Part shown: piece after piece, positions 44,757-55,201 of the stretch | Layout: the number at the start of each line of letters is the position of its first letter | How positions within the stretch are numbered: the stretch's first letter is position 1 | Origin: an uncultured Candidatus Entotheonella sp. | Lineage (GTDB): Bacteria; Tectomicrobia; Entotheonellia; Entotheonellales; Entotheonellaceae | Direction of reading: 5' to 3' | Assembly: GCA_965217185.1 (NCBI GenBank) | Contig: OZ244252.1 | Location: forward strand, 2,528,001-2,592,000 | Length of the DNA stretch: 64,000 bases | Notes under the pieces: model-generated | What the model was told of the DNA's origin: nothing | The model's database searches: none | Seen by the model: only the letters and a program-made list of their open reading frames with translations | Translations under genes and position numbers: made by a program

Positions 44757-47276
44757 TCAACCAAGCGCCGCCAGCAACTCGCGCTGGCTGCCCAGCCGCT
44801 GCTCGCGCTCGGCGGCAAAACGCTGGATACCGGCGAAAATGGCCTCCGAATCCAGGTGCGCCTCGGCGATGACGTCGGCCTCGGTGCCGCCGGTCAGCCA
44901 TTGGTCGTCCCAGTCGGAGGTCAGCGAATACGCATCGGTCATCGGGCCGACGTCGCGCACGGCCCACATGCGCCGGGTGCCGGTGCTCACCATCATGAGG
45001 TCGTAGCGCGCCTCCGGCGGCAGCACCGATCGACGGTAGGCCTCCGGCTGGCGGTCGAACAGGTCCTCGCTCACCGCCGCGACGATCTTGACGTTGACGC
45101 CGGCCTCCTCCAGGCGCGGAATCACCCGGACGAGATTGACGGTGGAGTTGGACCCCTGCGCCACCACGTAGCCGTGCCGCGGCTGACCCGGCGCGAAATC
45201 ACGGATGACGTACAGGCCCTTGGCGGCAGCCTTGAGGTCGGTGTCGGCAAACTGGCTGCGGTCGGCGACGGGAAAATCGGGGCGCGCCACTTCAAGAATG
45301 ATGACGCCGACCTTCGGGTCGCGGGCGGCGATTTCGGCAGCGGCGAAATAGCCCGGCGCCACGTCGTTGTAATCCCAGAAGCTGAGGTGAATGGCCTGGC
45401 CGCGCGGGAACAGCTTCCACACCTGCGGCGCAAAGATGCCGAAGTGGGTGCGCGCGTCGGCCGCCGTCTCCGGCCCGGAGTGGCCGGCCAGAATGTGCAG
45501 CACCCCCATGCGGAAGCGGCTGTCCTGACTTTGCTGGCTCCACACCCGAGCCGGCAGGTACATCAGCGGCGTGAAGGCACCGTACGTGCCGCTCAGCGCC
45601 CACAGGCCGGCGAATTGTTGCGGGTCCAGACTCGCGCTCTGGCTCACCAGCCCGATCGCCGACGAGGCGTTGCCGGCCTCCTGGATCGGCGCCTTAAAGC
45701 GGGTGCCCAGCGGGTTGTCGTCGGCGTGGTAATGGCCCCACAGACTGCCGTGCTCGACGTTGATCGACTCCGACAAGTCGGCGGCCAGGGTGATGAAGCG
45801 GTTGTCGGTCACGTAGTTGACCCACTTGATGATCTCCGAAATCCCCCGCCGCGTGCCGGCCACCTCGCCCGCCTCGCGGAACAGCTGGATGCCCACTTCT
45901 TTCTCGGCCTTGGTCAGCGGGTTCTTCACGGTGACGGTCTGCGGCTCGATCGGCAGGTTGCCGACTTGCAGGCGGTCGTCCAGGAAGGGGTCGCGTTTCG
46001 TGTCGACGCGCGTCGGCGTATCGTCGCGCACCGTGTCGCCGATGTCCGCCAGGCGGTTGGCGAGCCAGTCGCCCAGGCCGTTGCGGTCCAGCACCGACAT
46101 CACCACGTCGATGTTGGTCTTGAACTGGAGCAGCCGTTCCCGCGTGTCGCTCACCGCACCGTCGCGGATGCCCTGGAACTCGACGCCGTAGTACTTCTCG
46201 AAAGTCTCGGCGAGGGCGACGAAGTACTCGCTGTTCATCTTCATGGCGTAGGGATGGCTGGCGTAGCTGACCAACTGATCGCCGTAACCGGGGATTTTGC
46301 CCTGCACGGCCGCCGGCCAGTAGCCCTTGACCGTTCTGCCGAGCACGATCATCGGGCGGCGGTCGCTGGCGTTCCAGTCCTCCATGGTCTTCAGGGCGGC
46401 GAGAACCTGGTCGTAGTCGTTGCCGTCGTCGAGCGCGAAGACGTTCCAGCCGTAGGACGTCCACTGACCCTGGATTTCATAGCGGTCGAACTTGGCGTCG
46501 ATGACGCCGCCGATCAGGGTGTCGTCGATGCCGGCGTTGTTCAGCGACAGCAGGACGCGCAGGCGCTTGCCGACCTGCATGGCCACCGCCTGGGTCTTGA
46601 GCTCCTGGGCGTGCCCCTCGGTCATGGCGAACTCGCCCTCGATGCCCAGGATTTTCAGGCTGTCCGGCGCGCCGATGAAGTTCCAAAAGGCCGCCTTGCC
46701 AGCAGCGGTGGCGATACCGATGCCGGACGGGCCGCCGTTCACGTCGTTGGTCACGTCGGTCGTCTCGGCGTGTCCGGCGAGGGCACGAATGCCGCGCAGT
46801 CCGGCTTGCGCGAAGAGCGGATGGGTGTCGAGGCCGTTGTCCTTCAGGAGGGTTGCCAGGGCGCCGGCGCCGCGCCGGAAGCCGAGGACGTCAATCGGCA
46901 GGATGGCGTCGTTCGGATCGACTTGGTAGCGGGCGTCGCCGGTAGCAGCGTGCTTGCGGCTGAGCGCCTCGCCCATGATCATCCACAAGGCGTAGGAGGT
47001 GGGGATGTTGTGCCCGCCGGCGAGCAGGAACTTGTCGCAGAACGGGTGCTTGGGGCGGCGGTAATCGTACCGCAGGCCGCCCAGGTCCGGCCCGGCAAGG
47101 TGCAGCGCGACGTTGTACGGCGTGTAAGCCAGCGGCCCGCCAAAATGCCCCGTCTGGGCGTAGTTGCCCATCATCACCAGGGTCATGCAGGTCATGAAAC
47201 CGACGTCATCAAAACGCTCGCGGTCGTACGCCGCGGTCAGTGGCTTGACGGGTGACAGTAAGGTTGTCGTACTCAT
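44757..47276 (-). CDS. transketolase-like TPP enzyme
   Basis: GHFGGP, AGGH, SYGW, ADLSES, IQE, HSGPETAADARTH. Confidence 0.85.
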   Translation of the reverse strand: MSTTTLLSPVKPLTAAYDRERFDDVGFMTCMTLVMMGNYAQTGHFGGPLAYTPYNVALHLAGPDLGGLRYDYRRPKHPFCDKFLLAGGHNIPTSYALWMIMGEALSRKHAATGDARYQVDPNDAILPIDVLGFRRGAGALATLLKDNGLDTHPLFAQAGLRGIRALAGHAETTDVTNDVNGGPSGIGIATAAGKAAFWNFIGAPDSLKILGIEGEFAMTEGHAQELKTQAVAMQVGKRLRVLLSLNNAGIDDTLIGGVIDAKFDRYEIQGQWTSYGWNVFALDDGNDYDQVLAALKTMEDWNASDRRPMIVLGRTVKGYWPAAVQGKIPGYGDQLVSYASHPYAMKMNSEYFVALAETFEKYYGVEFQGIRDGAVSDTRERLLQFKTNIDVVMSVLDRNGLGDWLANRLADIGDTVRDDTPTRVDTKRDPFLDDRLQVGNLPIEPQTVTVKNPLTKAEKEVGIQLFREAGEVAGTRRGISEIIKWVNYVTDNRFITLAADLSESINVEHGSLWGHYHADDNPLGTRFKAPIQEAGNASSAIGLVSQSASLDPQQFAGLWALSGTYGAFTPLMYLPARVWSQQSQDSRFRMGVLHILAGHSGPETAADARTHFGIFAPQVWKLFPRGQAIHLSFWDYNDVAPGYFAAAEIAARDPKVGVIILEVARPDFPVADRSQFADTDLKAAAKGLYVIRDFAPGQPRHGYVVAQGSNSTVNLVRVIPRLEEAGVNVKIVAAVSEDLFDRQPEAYRRSVLPPEARYDLMMVSTGTRRMWAVRDVGPMTDAYSLTSDWDDQWLTGGTEADVIAEAHLDSEAIFAGIQRFAAEREQRLGSQRELLAALG

Positions 47277-47442
47277 AGCTGATCCCTACCCCTCCTGAGT
47301 TTGGTATGTCTCATCCTGCACGCCTGCGGGGCCTCGCCGGTAGCCTTGCGCGGATGGTTGAAACCGGAAGCGCCTACCATAACATAGGCCATTGGGCTTG
47401 GGTAGTCGCCCGGCCAAGGGGCGCCGCGCCGGCCGATGCCGG

Positions 47443-48438
47443 CTACAAAACCGGCTCGCGCAGTTCCGGGATGACCCACATGGGCTGCCGTCCGGCGGCG
47501 ACCCGCTGGATGTTGTCGAAGCCGTTGCGGAACGCCTTGGTCCAGTTTTCCAACGTCGGACCGGCGGTGTGCGGCGTGAGGGTGACGTTGTCCAAGGCGA
47601 ACAGCGGGTGATCGGTTGGCGGCGGCTCTTCGACCATCACGTCGAGTCCGGCAGCGGCGATCTGGCCGCTGGTCAGGGCGTGGTGCAGCGCTTCCTCGTC
47701 CACCACCGGGCCGCGGCAGGTATTGATGAAAATGGCGTCGTTCTTCATGGTGGCGAACTCGCGGGCGCCCATCATGTTGCGGGTCTGCTCGTTCAGCGGC
47801 ATGTGCAGGCTGACCACGTCCGAGGTACGCAGCAGTTCGGGGAAGAGCACATAGCGCACGCCAAGGGCGTCTGCCTGGTCCTCGCCGAGACGGAAGGCAT
47901 CGTAGTACTGCACCCGCATGTCGAAAGCCTGGGCGCGGCGCGCCACCTTCTTGCCGATGGTGCCCAAGCCGACGATGCCAAGCGTCTTGCCGGCCAGCTC
48001 GTAGATGCACAGGTCGGCGAAATCCCCCACCCGCCACTTGCCGTTGACGACGTTGTTGTGGTCGCGGACGACCTGTTTGTACACGGCGAGGATAAGCATC
48101 ATGGTGTGCTCGGCAACGGCCACCGAATTGGAGCCGCCGTTATTGGCCACCGGTACGCGCGCCTGCCGGGCGGCATCCACGTCGAGGCGGTCGTAGCCGG
48201 CGCTGATGAGCTGCACGAGCTTCAGATTCGGCGCCGTGTCGTAGAACGACTGCCCCATGTGCTCGCGCGGAAAGCCCATGAAGTAGTCGGCGTCCTGAAT
48301 GGCCTGCGCAAAGTTGGGGTCGTCTTGGGCAACGACCTGGAAGTCGAAATCGGTCGGCGCCATGGCGTGAGCGACATCCATGATCGAGGGCGGGAACGGG
48401 GGCGAGAATACGATTTTGTTTGCCACAATGGTCTCCAT
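47443..48438 (-). CDS. D-isomer-specific 2-hydroxyacid dehydrogenase
   Basis: GLGTIG, INTCRGPVVDE, LDV..EEP, TPHTAG. Confidence 0.92.
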   Translation of the reverse strand: METIVANKIVFSPPFPPSIMDVAHAMAPTDFDFQVVAQDDPNFAQAIQDADYFMGFPREHMGQSFYDTAPNLKLVQLISAGYDRLDVDAARQARVPVANNGGSNSVAVAEHTMMLILAVYKQVVRDHNNVVNGKWRVGDFADLCIYELAGKTLGIVGLGTIGKKVARRAQAFDMRVQYYDAFRLGEDQADALGVRYVLFPELLRTSDVVSLHMPLNEQTRNMMGAREFATMKNDAIFINTCRGPVVDEEALHHALTSGQIAAAGLDVMVEEPPPTDHPLFALDNVTLTPHTAGPTLENWTKAFRNGFDNIQRVAAGRQPMWVIPELREPVL

Positions 48439-48605
48439 ATCAGCGGGGTACGGGTAGCCGGTCGACAGCGAATACAGCGCATAGCCGCTTGCCGGTCAGT
48501 TTCGATCAGAGATTGTTAGCACTGACGTATCGCATCAACGATGCGTACGAACAGGACAAGAGCCAAGAAGATCACGCCGAGGGGTCACTGCCCACCCTTG
48601 ACAGT

Positions 48606-48861
48606 CTATAAACGGTCATTGGCACGAAGCCGGGCTTCGACTTCCTCCATGATCTGCGGAACGGTCTTTTCGCTCACGCCACTGTCCAGACCTTCCTGAA
48701 TTGCGGATTTGAGCGCCCGCAGTTTGGTGCCCTCTTCCCGATCACGGCGAATCAACTCTCGGATGTACACTGTCGCTGGTGATGCCACCCGCTGCGATCC
48801 GTGCCTTGATCCACCGTTCTTGCTGGTCGGTCAGCATAACGGTTTTACGCACAGTTCCCAT
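48606..48861 (-). pseudogene. ParD-family antitoxin, frameshifted; toxin downstream degraded
   Basis: MGTVRKTVMLTDQQERWIKARIAAG..SDS / YIRELIRRD..AIQEGLDSG. Confidence 0.7.
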
Positions 48862-48879
48862 GTCTCCTCCGTCATGCCG

Positions 48880-49145
48880 TCACTCCCCTGTAGGTTTTGA
48901 AAGCAACGTCTCCACCTCTGTCAACCGTTCGCGGATTTCGGGCAACGCCGTCAGGGTATTCTCGATACGCTCAAGGCGCCCGTCCATCGCCCGAAGTTCG
49001 ACGCGAAGCGGCGCCACCGCAGAAGACACGATCCATTGGACAACCCCCGCGCAGCTGCCCAGGATGATCACCACGGCCATGATCAGCGTTGCCAAATCCT
49101 TAACTCCTGCCAAAAGGGCCGGTTTGCTTCCGTTTGTGCGCTCAT
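48880..49145 (-). pseudogene. small TM-coiled-coil gene, apparent frameshift near the start
   Basis: RBS + ATG (MSAQTEANRPFW) out of frame with the TM-VAPLRVEL..RERLTEVETLL body; resembles 28890-29225. Confidence 0.5.
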
Positions 49146-49453
49146 GCCGTCGCTCCCTTTTTCGCTCGCTTTGGACTGAAGCGAATACCGAGCCGCCGGG
49201 CGATTCGCGCAACGGCCACGCGCGACCAGCTACCCGTGACGGCGCTTCGCCGCGTTCGCCTTGGGAGTTCGATGCCGTTCGCTTCCAGGTACGCCACAAT
49301 GCCGCTGCCACGCATCCCGGCGCTTAGGGCTACATCATTACCTATGCGGCGGCCATTATAGCGTCACTCGGATGGCCCGTGCTATAGTCGCCACACGTCC
49401 TGGGACGACCCGCCGCGGCGCCCGCAAACACACCCCTGCAAAAGGAGATTCGC

Positions 49454-50824
49454 ATGCCCACGCCCCCGCAACTCTATGCTGATCTGGACCGCACCATCCC
49501 CGCCGTGCGCGAGGAATTCGAGGGCTGGCTGCGCGATCTGGTGGAGATCCCGACAGTGAGCATGGACCCGGCGCACGCTGACGATATCCGGCGCGGGGCG
49601 GAGCGGGCGGTCGAGATTCTGCGGGCGTGCGGGGCTGAGGCTGAGATCGTCGAAACGCCGGGCCATCCTGTCGTCTTTGGGAACATCACCGCCAATGCGG
49701 ACTACCCAACGGTGGCCATCTACAACCACATGGACGTACAGCCCGCCAACGAGCCGCAGTGGGAGAACGAGCCGTTCGTGTTCCAGCGTCAGGGCGACCG
49801 TTACCTGGGCCGCGGCACCACGGACGACAAGGGCCCGGCGCTCACCGCGCTGATGGCGGCCCGCTTCGCGTCGCAACAGGGATTGCCGCTGAATTTCCAG
49901 TTCATCTGGGAGCTGGAGGAAGAGATCGGCAGCCCCAACTTCGCGCATTTCGTGCAGCAGAAGCGGGAAGCCTTGACCTGTCAGTCCGTGCTGGTGTCCG
50001 ACACCATCTGGCTGTCGCCGGAAAAGCCCGCGGTGCCCTACGGCCTGCGCGGCATGCTGATGATGCAATGGCGCCTGGAAACCGGCAGCAAGGACAGCCA
50101 CTCCGGCCTCACCGGCGGCGCCGCGCGCAACCCCATCGGCGAGCTGGCCGAACTGATCGCCTGCTGCTACGAGGCGCGCACCGGGCGCGTCAGCATTCCC
50201 GGATTTTACGAGGACGTGCAGCGCCTCAGCAGCGACGAGCTGACCCACTTCCTGGGCAGCGGCTTTGACCTGGACGGCTTCCGCACGGCCCACGGCCTGC
50301 ACGACTTGCGCAGCGACGACGTGCGGCAGATTGTGCAAGCCATCTGGAGCGAGCCGACCTTCGAGGTACACGGCATCAGCGGCGGCTACCAGGGCCCGGG
50401 CATCAAGACCATCGTGCCCCATGAGGCGGAAGCCAAGATCAGCATGCGGCTGGTGCCGAACCAGAACCCCGACCGCATTCTGGAACTGACGTGCGATTTC
50501 GTCGGCCGCCTCAACCCCGACGTACGCATCACCCCCGGCGGCGCCCTGGTTCCCTACCTCGGCGAGTTCAGCGGCTTCTACGGCGACGCCGTGCGCCAAG
50601 CGGTGGAATTCGGCTTCGGCATGTCCCCCAGCTTCATCCGCGAGGGCGGCTCCATCGGCGCCGTCGTCACTCTCGACACAATGCTGAAGGTTCCCGTCGT
50701 CTTCCTGGGCCTCAGCCTCCCCGAGCACGGGTATCACGCGCCCAACGAGAACTTCGATTGGGGCCAGGCCAGCGGCGGCATGCGGGCGTTCGTCAAGTAT
50801 TTTGAGACGCTGGCCGCGGCGTGA
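49454..50824 (+). CDS. M20/M25/M40 family metallopeptidase
   Basis: HMDVQP, GRGTTDDKG, EEEIGS, HAPNE. Confidence 0.93.
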   Translation: MPTPPQLYADLDRTIPAVREEFEGWLRDLVEIPTVSMDPAHADDIRRGAERAVEILRACGAEAEIVETPGHPVVFGNITANADYPTVAIYNHMDVQPANEPQWENEPFVFQRQGDRYLGRGTTDDKGPALTALMAARFASQQGLPLNFQFIWELEEEIGSPNFAHFVQQKREALTCQSVLVSDTIWLSPEKPAVPYGLRGMLMMQWRLETGSKDSHSGLTGGAARNPIGELAELIACCYEARTGRVSIPGFYEDVQRLSSDELTHFLGSGFDLDGFRTAHGLHDLRSDDVRQIVQAIWSEPTFEVHGISGGYQGPGIKTIVPHEAEAKISMRLVPNQNPDRILELTCDFVGRLNPDVRITPGGALVPYLGEFSGFYGDAVRQAVEFGFGMSPSFIREGGSIGAVVTLDTMLKVPVVFLGLSLPEHGYHAPNENFDWGQASGGMRAFVKYFETLAAA

Positions 50825-50931
50825 GGGTGCCGACACGGGATGAAATGAAACGGAAATGAGCGGGAAATGAAATTGCGTTTCGTGCCATAATGTCCGTATG
50901 GATGTTGGACATCGGCAGAAACGAGACGGAA

Positions 50932-52164
50932 ATGACCTCCGAAACGACCAACCTCTACACCCTGCCGGAGCGGTGGGTGTTCTACGAAACGGCGGCCATC
51001 CTTGACCAACTGGTGGAAGCCAGAACCGCCGCTGGTGTCCTGAACCGGCTGCCGTACCTGCAACAATGGATTGCGCAGGTCCATGAGGAGCAATTGCGTC
51101 TTGAGGCCGCCGGCACTTCTCGTATCGAGGGCGCCGAGTTCAGCGACCAGGAACAGGAAGTAGCCCTGGCAAGTCAAGTCCCCCCGCACGTCGATCTTAC
51201 CCGCTCGCAACGCCAGCTACGGGCGGCTGATGCAACGTACCGCTGGCTACGCTGCCAACCGACTAACCGGCCAGTCACTCCCCATTTCCTGCTGGACATC
51301 CACCGGCGCATGGTAACCGGGTGCGATGATGACCACTGTGAGCCTGGCGCCTTGCGGACAACGGACTGGAACGTTACGTTCGGGACCCCGCGTTGCCGCG
51401 GCGCCGAGGGGGGCAACCAGTGCCAGGCGGCCTTCAGCGGTCTTTGTAACGCGATGGCCGGTGAATTCCGGCAACACGACCGCATCGTTCAGGCCTTGGC
51501 CGCTCACTACCACATCGGCGCAATGCATCCCTTTGGCGACGGCAATGGACGCACGTCTCGTGCTCTGGAAGCGTTCATGCTGAGGCAGGCTGGTGTCAGC
51601 AATTTGGTGATGGTCAGCCTGTCCAATTACTACTACGAGTACAAAGACGACTACTTGGCGGCCCTGTCCGAATCTCGTCAGATAGGCCACGACCTGACGC
51701 CCTTCCTGAGATTTGCGCTACCTGCGGTCTCGGCGCGATGCAACGCGGTCGCCGCCAGCATCGTGGACCATAACAAGCGAACCCTGTTTCGACAGTTCGC
51801 CCAGTCCCTGTTCGGAAAGCTGCGCAGCCGGCGTCGCCGAGCCTTAGCCGCTCGCCAGTTGCACGTCCTGGAATCGCTGCTTGATTCGCCCACCCTGGAA
51901 ATCCGAAATTTGATTGATCGTACGATAGATGAATACAACCACCTCAAATACCCCGACCGCGCGTGGGTCAGAGACTTCATCCATTTGCGAGAAATCGGCG
52001 CAATCACAATCCCTGAAAAGGGTGTGATTACACTCAACTTGGACTGGCCCCAAGAGTTATCGGAGTCGGAATTGCTGCACAGGTACGAGAATTTGCCGTC
52101 AGCGGTTTCGGCCAACCATCCCGCCATGGCCGCTCTGTCCCAACTGCTCAATCGCCGCCGTTAG
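50932..52164 (+). CDS. Fic-domain protein (start 50932 or 50890)
   Basis: TSRIEG and HPFGDGNGRTSR. Confidence 0.9.
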   Translation: MTSETTNLYTLPERWVFYETAAILDQLVEARTAAGVLNRLPYLQQWIAQVHEEQLRLEAAGTSRIEGAEFSDQEQEVALASQVPPHVDLTRSQRQLRAADATYRWLRCQPTNRPVTPHFLLDIHRRMVTGCDDDHCEPGALRTTDWNVTFGTPRCRGAEGGNQCQAAFSGLCNAMAGEFRQHDRIVQALAAHYHIGAMHPFGDGNGRTSRALEAFMLRQAGVSNLVMVSLSNYYYEYKDDYLAALSESRQIGHDLTPFLRFALPAVSARCNAVAASIVDHNKRTLFRQFAQSLFGKLRSRRRRALAARQLHVLESLLDSPTLEIRNLIDRTIDEYNHLKYPDRAWVRDFIHLREIGAITIPEKGVITLNLDWPQELSESELLHRYENLPSAVSANHPAMAALSQLLNRRR

Positions 52165-52206
52165 CGGAATGTCGGATTACGCCTGCGGCTAATCCGACCT
52201 ACATAG

Positions 52207-53034
52207 TTACAGTGTGCGCCGGAACGGCATCGCCAGCAGGCCAAAGAGCGGCCAGCGGTCGGGTTGGCGGACGTCATCAAGCCCGATGGCCATTACGGTA
52301 TGGTCGGCGGCTGGCTGGGCGCGGTAGGTGCCGAACAGGCGGTCCCACCAGGGCAGGTTGAATCCGAAATTGCTATTGGTTTCCACGAGTAGGGGCGAGT
52401 GATGCACGCGGTGCATGTCGGGCGTCACCAGGAACCATCTCAGCACCCGGTCCACCCCGACGGGCAGGAACACGTTGCCGTGGTTGAACAGGCTGGTGGC
52501 GTTGAGAATGGCCTCGAACACGAGGACGGCAATCGCCGGCAGTCCAAGGACAGCCACGACGCCCATCTTGTAAATCAGGGAAAGCAGGATTTCGACCGGA
52601 TGAAATCGTACCCCGGTGGTCACGTCGAAATCGCGGTCACTGTGGTGTACTCGGTGGAAGCGCCACAGCAGCGGCACGGCGTGGAACAGGACGTGCTGCA
52701 GATAGATGGCGAAATCCAGGATCACCACCGCAGCCAACCCCTCGCACCAAGCGGGCGTCCGGAGCAGGCTGTTGAACAGGCCCCAACCCTGCGCCTCGAC
52801 GGCCAAGGCGATGCCCACGACTGAAGCCGCGGACAACAGGCGCAGCATCAGACTGTCTACCATCACCAGCCCCAGATTGGCGATCCATCGCGGCGCGGTC
52901 GCCGTGCCTGCCTGGCGCCGCGGCGCCCAGCGCTCAGCCAACGCCACCGCCAGGAAGACGACTCCAAAGCCGCTCAGGCGTATCCACGGCTCGTATTGGA
53001 GAACAGCGTCTCGCAAGGCACACCTTGTTTGCAA
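52207..53034 (-). CDS. sterol desaturase / fatty acid hydroxylase family
   Basis: His boxes HVLFH, HRVHHS, HRVHH; WDRLFGT; start uncertain. Confidence 0.9.
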   Translation of the reverse strand: MQTRCALRDAVLQYEPWIRLSGFGVVFLAVALAERWAPRRQAGTATAPRWIANLGLVMVDSLMLRLLSAASVVGIALAVEAQGWGLFNSLLRTPAWCEGLAAVVILDFAIYLQHVLFHAVPLLWRFHRVHHSDRDFDVTTGVRFHPVEILLSLIYKMGVVAVLGLPAIAVLVFEAILNATSLFNHGNVFLPVGVDRVLRWFLVTPDMHRVHHSPLLVETNSNFGFNLPWWDRLFGTYRAQPAADHTVMAIGLDDVRQPDRWPLFGLLAMPFRRTL

Positions 53035-53265
53035 ACCAGTGGATGGGCAATTCGCCCCGTTGTCCAGCAGAGTCGCACTTCAAGTCCCCCTCACCCCAAC
53101 CCTCTCCCGCGATGGGAGAGGGCGTAACAATTCCCGGCCTATGGGGAGGGAGTGCGTTCCTACAAGGCTCTTGACAGCAAGCCTCGGCAATTGCCAGGAT
53201 GACTAGGGGGGCTTGCCCTGCCGGAAACACATCACGACACACCATACCACAAGCCGGGAGAACCT

Positions 53266-55074
53266 ATGCTCACCGTTGCAAGGCGTTTCAGGAGAGGGCT
53301 TTCGTTACTGACGTTCGGGCTACTGACAATCGGCTGCGGCGGGTTGGCGTTCAGCCAAGGGAACAGCGGCGACGCGCTGCTCGAGCGGCTGAAACAGAAC
53401 GCCACCGAGTTTCGCTACGAAGTCGGCAAGCCGGGCGGCTCGCTGACGCATTCCACAATCAGCGGGCCGAAGACCTTCAACTTGGCAATCTCAACGGAAA
53501 CGTCGTCCACCGAGATTCTCGGGTACCTGTTCGAGGGTCTGACCGAGTCCTCCTGGCTGACCTCCCGGATGCAAGGCAACCTCGCCGAGCGCTGGGAAGC
53601 TTCCGAAGACGGCCTGGTGTGGACGTTCTACCTGCGCAAGGGCGTCAAGTGGTCCGACGGTGCGCCCTTCACGGCCGACGACGTCCTTTTCACCTTCCAG
53701 CGCATCATCTACAACGACGACATCCCCGCCTCGGCGCGGCCGGGCCTGACAATCCGTTACCTCGACGAGGCCACGCAGGAATGGCAGCGCGGTCAGATCG
53801 CCGTTGCCAAGATCGACGACCACGCAGTGCGGTTCACCCTGCCCGTACCCTTCGCGCCGTTTCTGCGCACGATCGACACCCCCATTTACCCCAAGCACAT
53901 CCTGGAAAAACACGTCGACGACGGCAGCTTCACCTCGACTTGGGACGTGGGTACCGACCCCAGCGAGATCATCGGCACGGGGCCGTTCACCATCGCGCGG
54001 TACGACGTCGGCGAGCGCATCGTGCTGCGCAAGAACCCGCACTATTGGAAGAAGGACGACGCGGGCAATGCCCTGCCCTATCTGGATCAGGTCCTCTACC
54101 TGGTGGTTCAGGACATCGCCGCGGCGGTGCTCAAATTCCAGGCGGGCGAGACCGACGTCCTCGGCGTCACGGGCGACCAATATCCGGTGTTGAAGCCGGA
54201 GGAAGCCACCAAAAACTTCACCCTGCACCGGCAGGGGCCGAATTTCGGCACGACCTTCCTGGCCTTCAACCAGAACCGGGGCAAGAATCCCGACAACGAC
54301 CGGGCGTTCGTGGAGCCGGCCAAGCTGAAGTGGTTCACGAATCGGGATTTCCGTCGGGCGGTCGCCCACAGCGTCGACAAAGACAGCATCATCGACAACG
54401 TGATGAACGGCCTGGGCTACCCGCAGTGGGCCGCCATCAGCCCGGCGGCGGGGCCGTTCCACAACCCGGACGTCACCAAGTACGCCTACGACCTGAAGCG
54501 CGCCAACGACCTGCTCGACGGCCTCGGCTGGTTTGATCTGGACGGCGACGGCTTCCGCGAAGACGACGAGGGCACCACCCTCTCCTTCACGCTGGCGACG
54601 AATTCCGGCAACGACGTCCGGGAGAAGGTCTGCACGTTGCTGAAACAGGACCTCGCCAAGGTCGGCATCCAGGCCAATACCCGCTTCATGGAATTCAACT
54701 CGCTGGTGTCCCAACTGGTTAGCACCTACGATTGGGAAGCCATCGTCATCGGCTTCACCGGCGGCGTGGAACCGCACGGCGGTATCAACCTGTGGCACTC
54801 GTCGGAGCGCCTGCACCTCTGGTATCCCCTGCAGGAAGCGCCAGCCACCCCCTGGGAAGCGGCCATCAACGAGTTGTTCGTACACGGCAGCCGCGAGATG
54901 GACGAGGCGAAACGATACGCCATCTACCACGAGTTCCAGCAAGTCGCGTCCGACAACCTGCCGGTTATCTACACCGCCCTCGCCGAGCGCATTACCGCGG
55001 TGCGCAATAGTTACGGCAACATGACGCCGACGCTGTACGGCCTGTACGATGTGCGCTACCTTTACGTGCGTTAG
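53266..55074 (+). CDS. ABC transporter substrate-binding protein (peptide/nickel family 5)
   Basis: LRKGVKWSDGAPFTADDV, GTGPF, NPHYW. Confidence 0.93.
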   Translation: MLTVARRFRRGLSLLTFGLLTIGCGGLAFSQGNSGDALLERLKQNATEFRYEVGKPGGSLTHSTISGPKTFNLAISTETSSTEILGYLFEGLTESSWLTSRMQGNLAERWEASEDGLVWTFYLRKGVKWSDGAPFTADDVLFTFQRIIYNDDIPASARPGLTIRYLDEATQEWQRGQIAVAKIDDHAVRFTLPVPFAPFLRTIDTPIYPKHILEKHVDDGSFTSTWDVGTDPSEIIGTGPFTIARYDVGERIVLRKNPHYWKKDDAGNALPYLDQVLYLVVQDIAAAVLKFQAGETDVLGVTGDQYPVLKPEEATKNFTLHRQGPNFGTTFLAFNQNRGKNPDNDRAFVEPAKLKWFTNRDFRRAVAHSVDKDSIIDNVMNGLGYPQWAAISPAAGPFHNPDVTKYAYDLKRANDLLDGLGWFDLDGDGFREDDEGTTLSFTLATNSGNDVREKVCTLLKQDLAKVGIQANTRFMEFNSLVSQLVSTYDWEAIVIGFTGGVEPHGGINLWHSSERLHLWYPLQEAPATPWEAAINELFVHGSREMDEAKRYAIYHEFQQVASDNLPVIYTALAERITAVRNSYGNMTPTLYGLYDVRYLYVR

Positions 55075-55201
55075 CTGTCGGGTACCGTCTCGCTTTGAAC
55101 TCCCCCTCACCCCAACCCTCTCCCGCCAGGGGAGAGGGAGTGTTAATTCCCTTCCCCGGTGAGGGGGAGGGCCGGGAGGGGGCACATGAAGAGTCCCGCC
55201 C

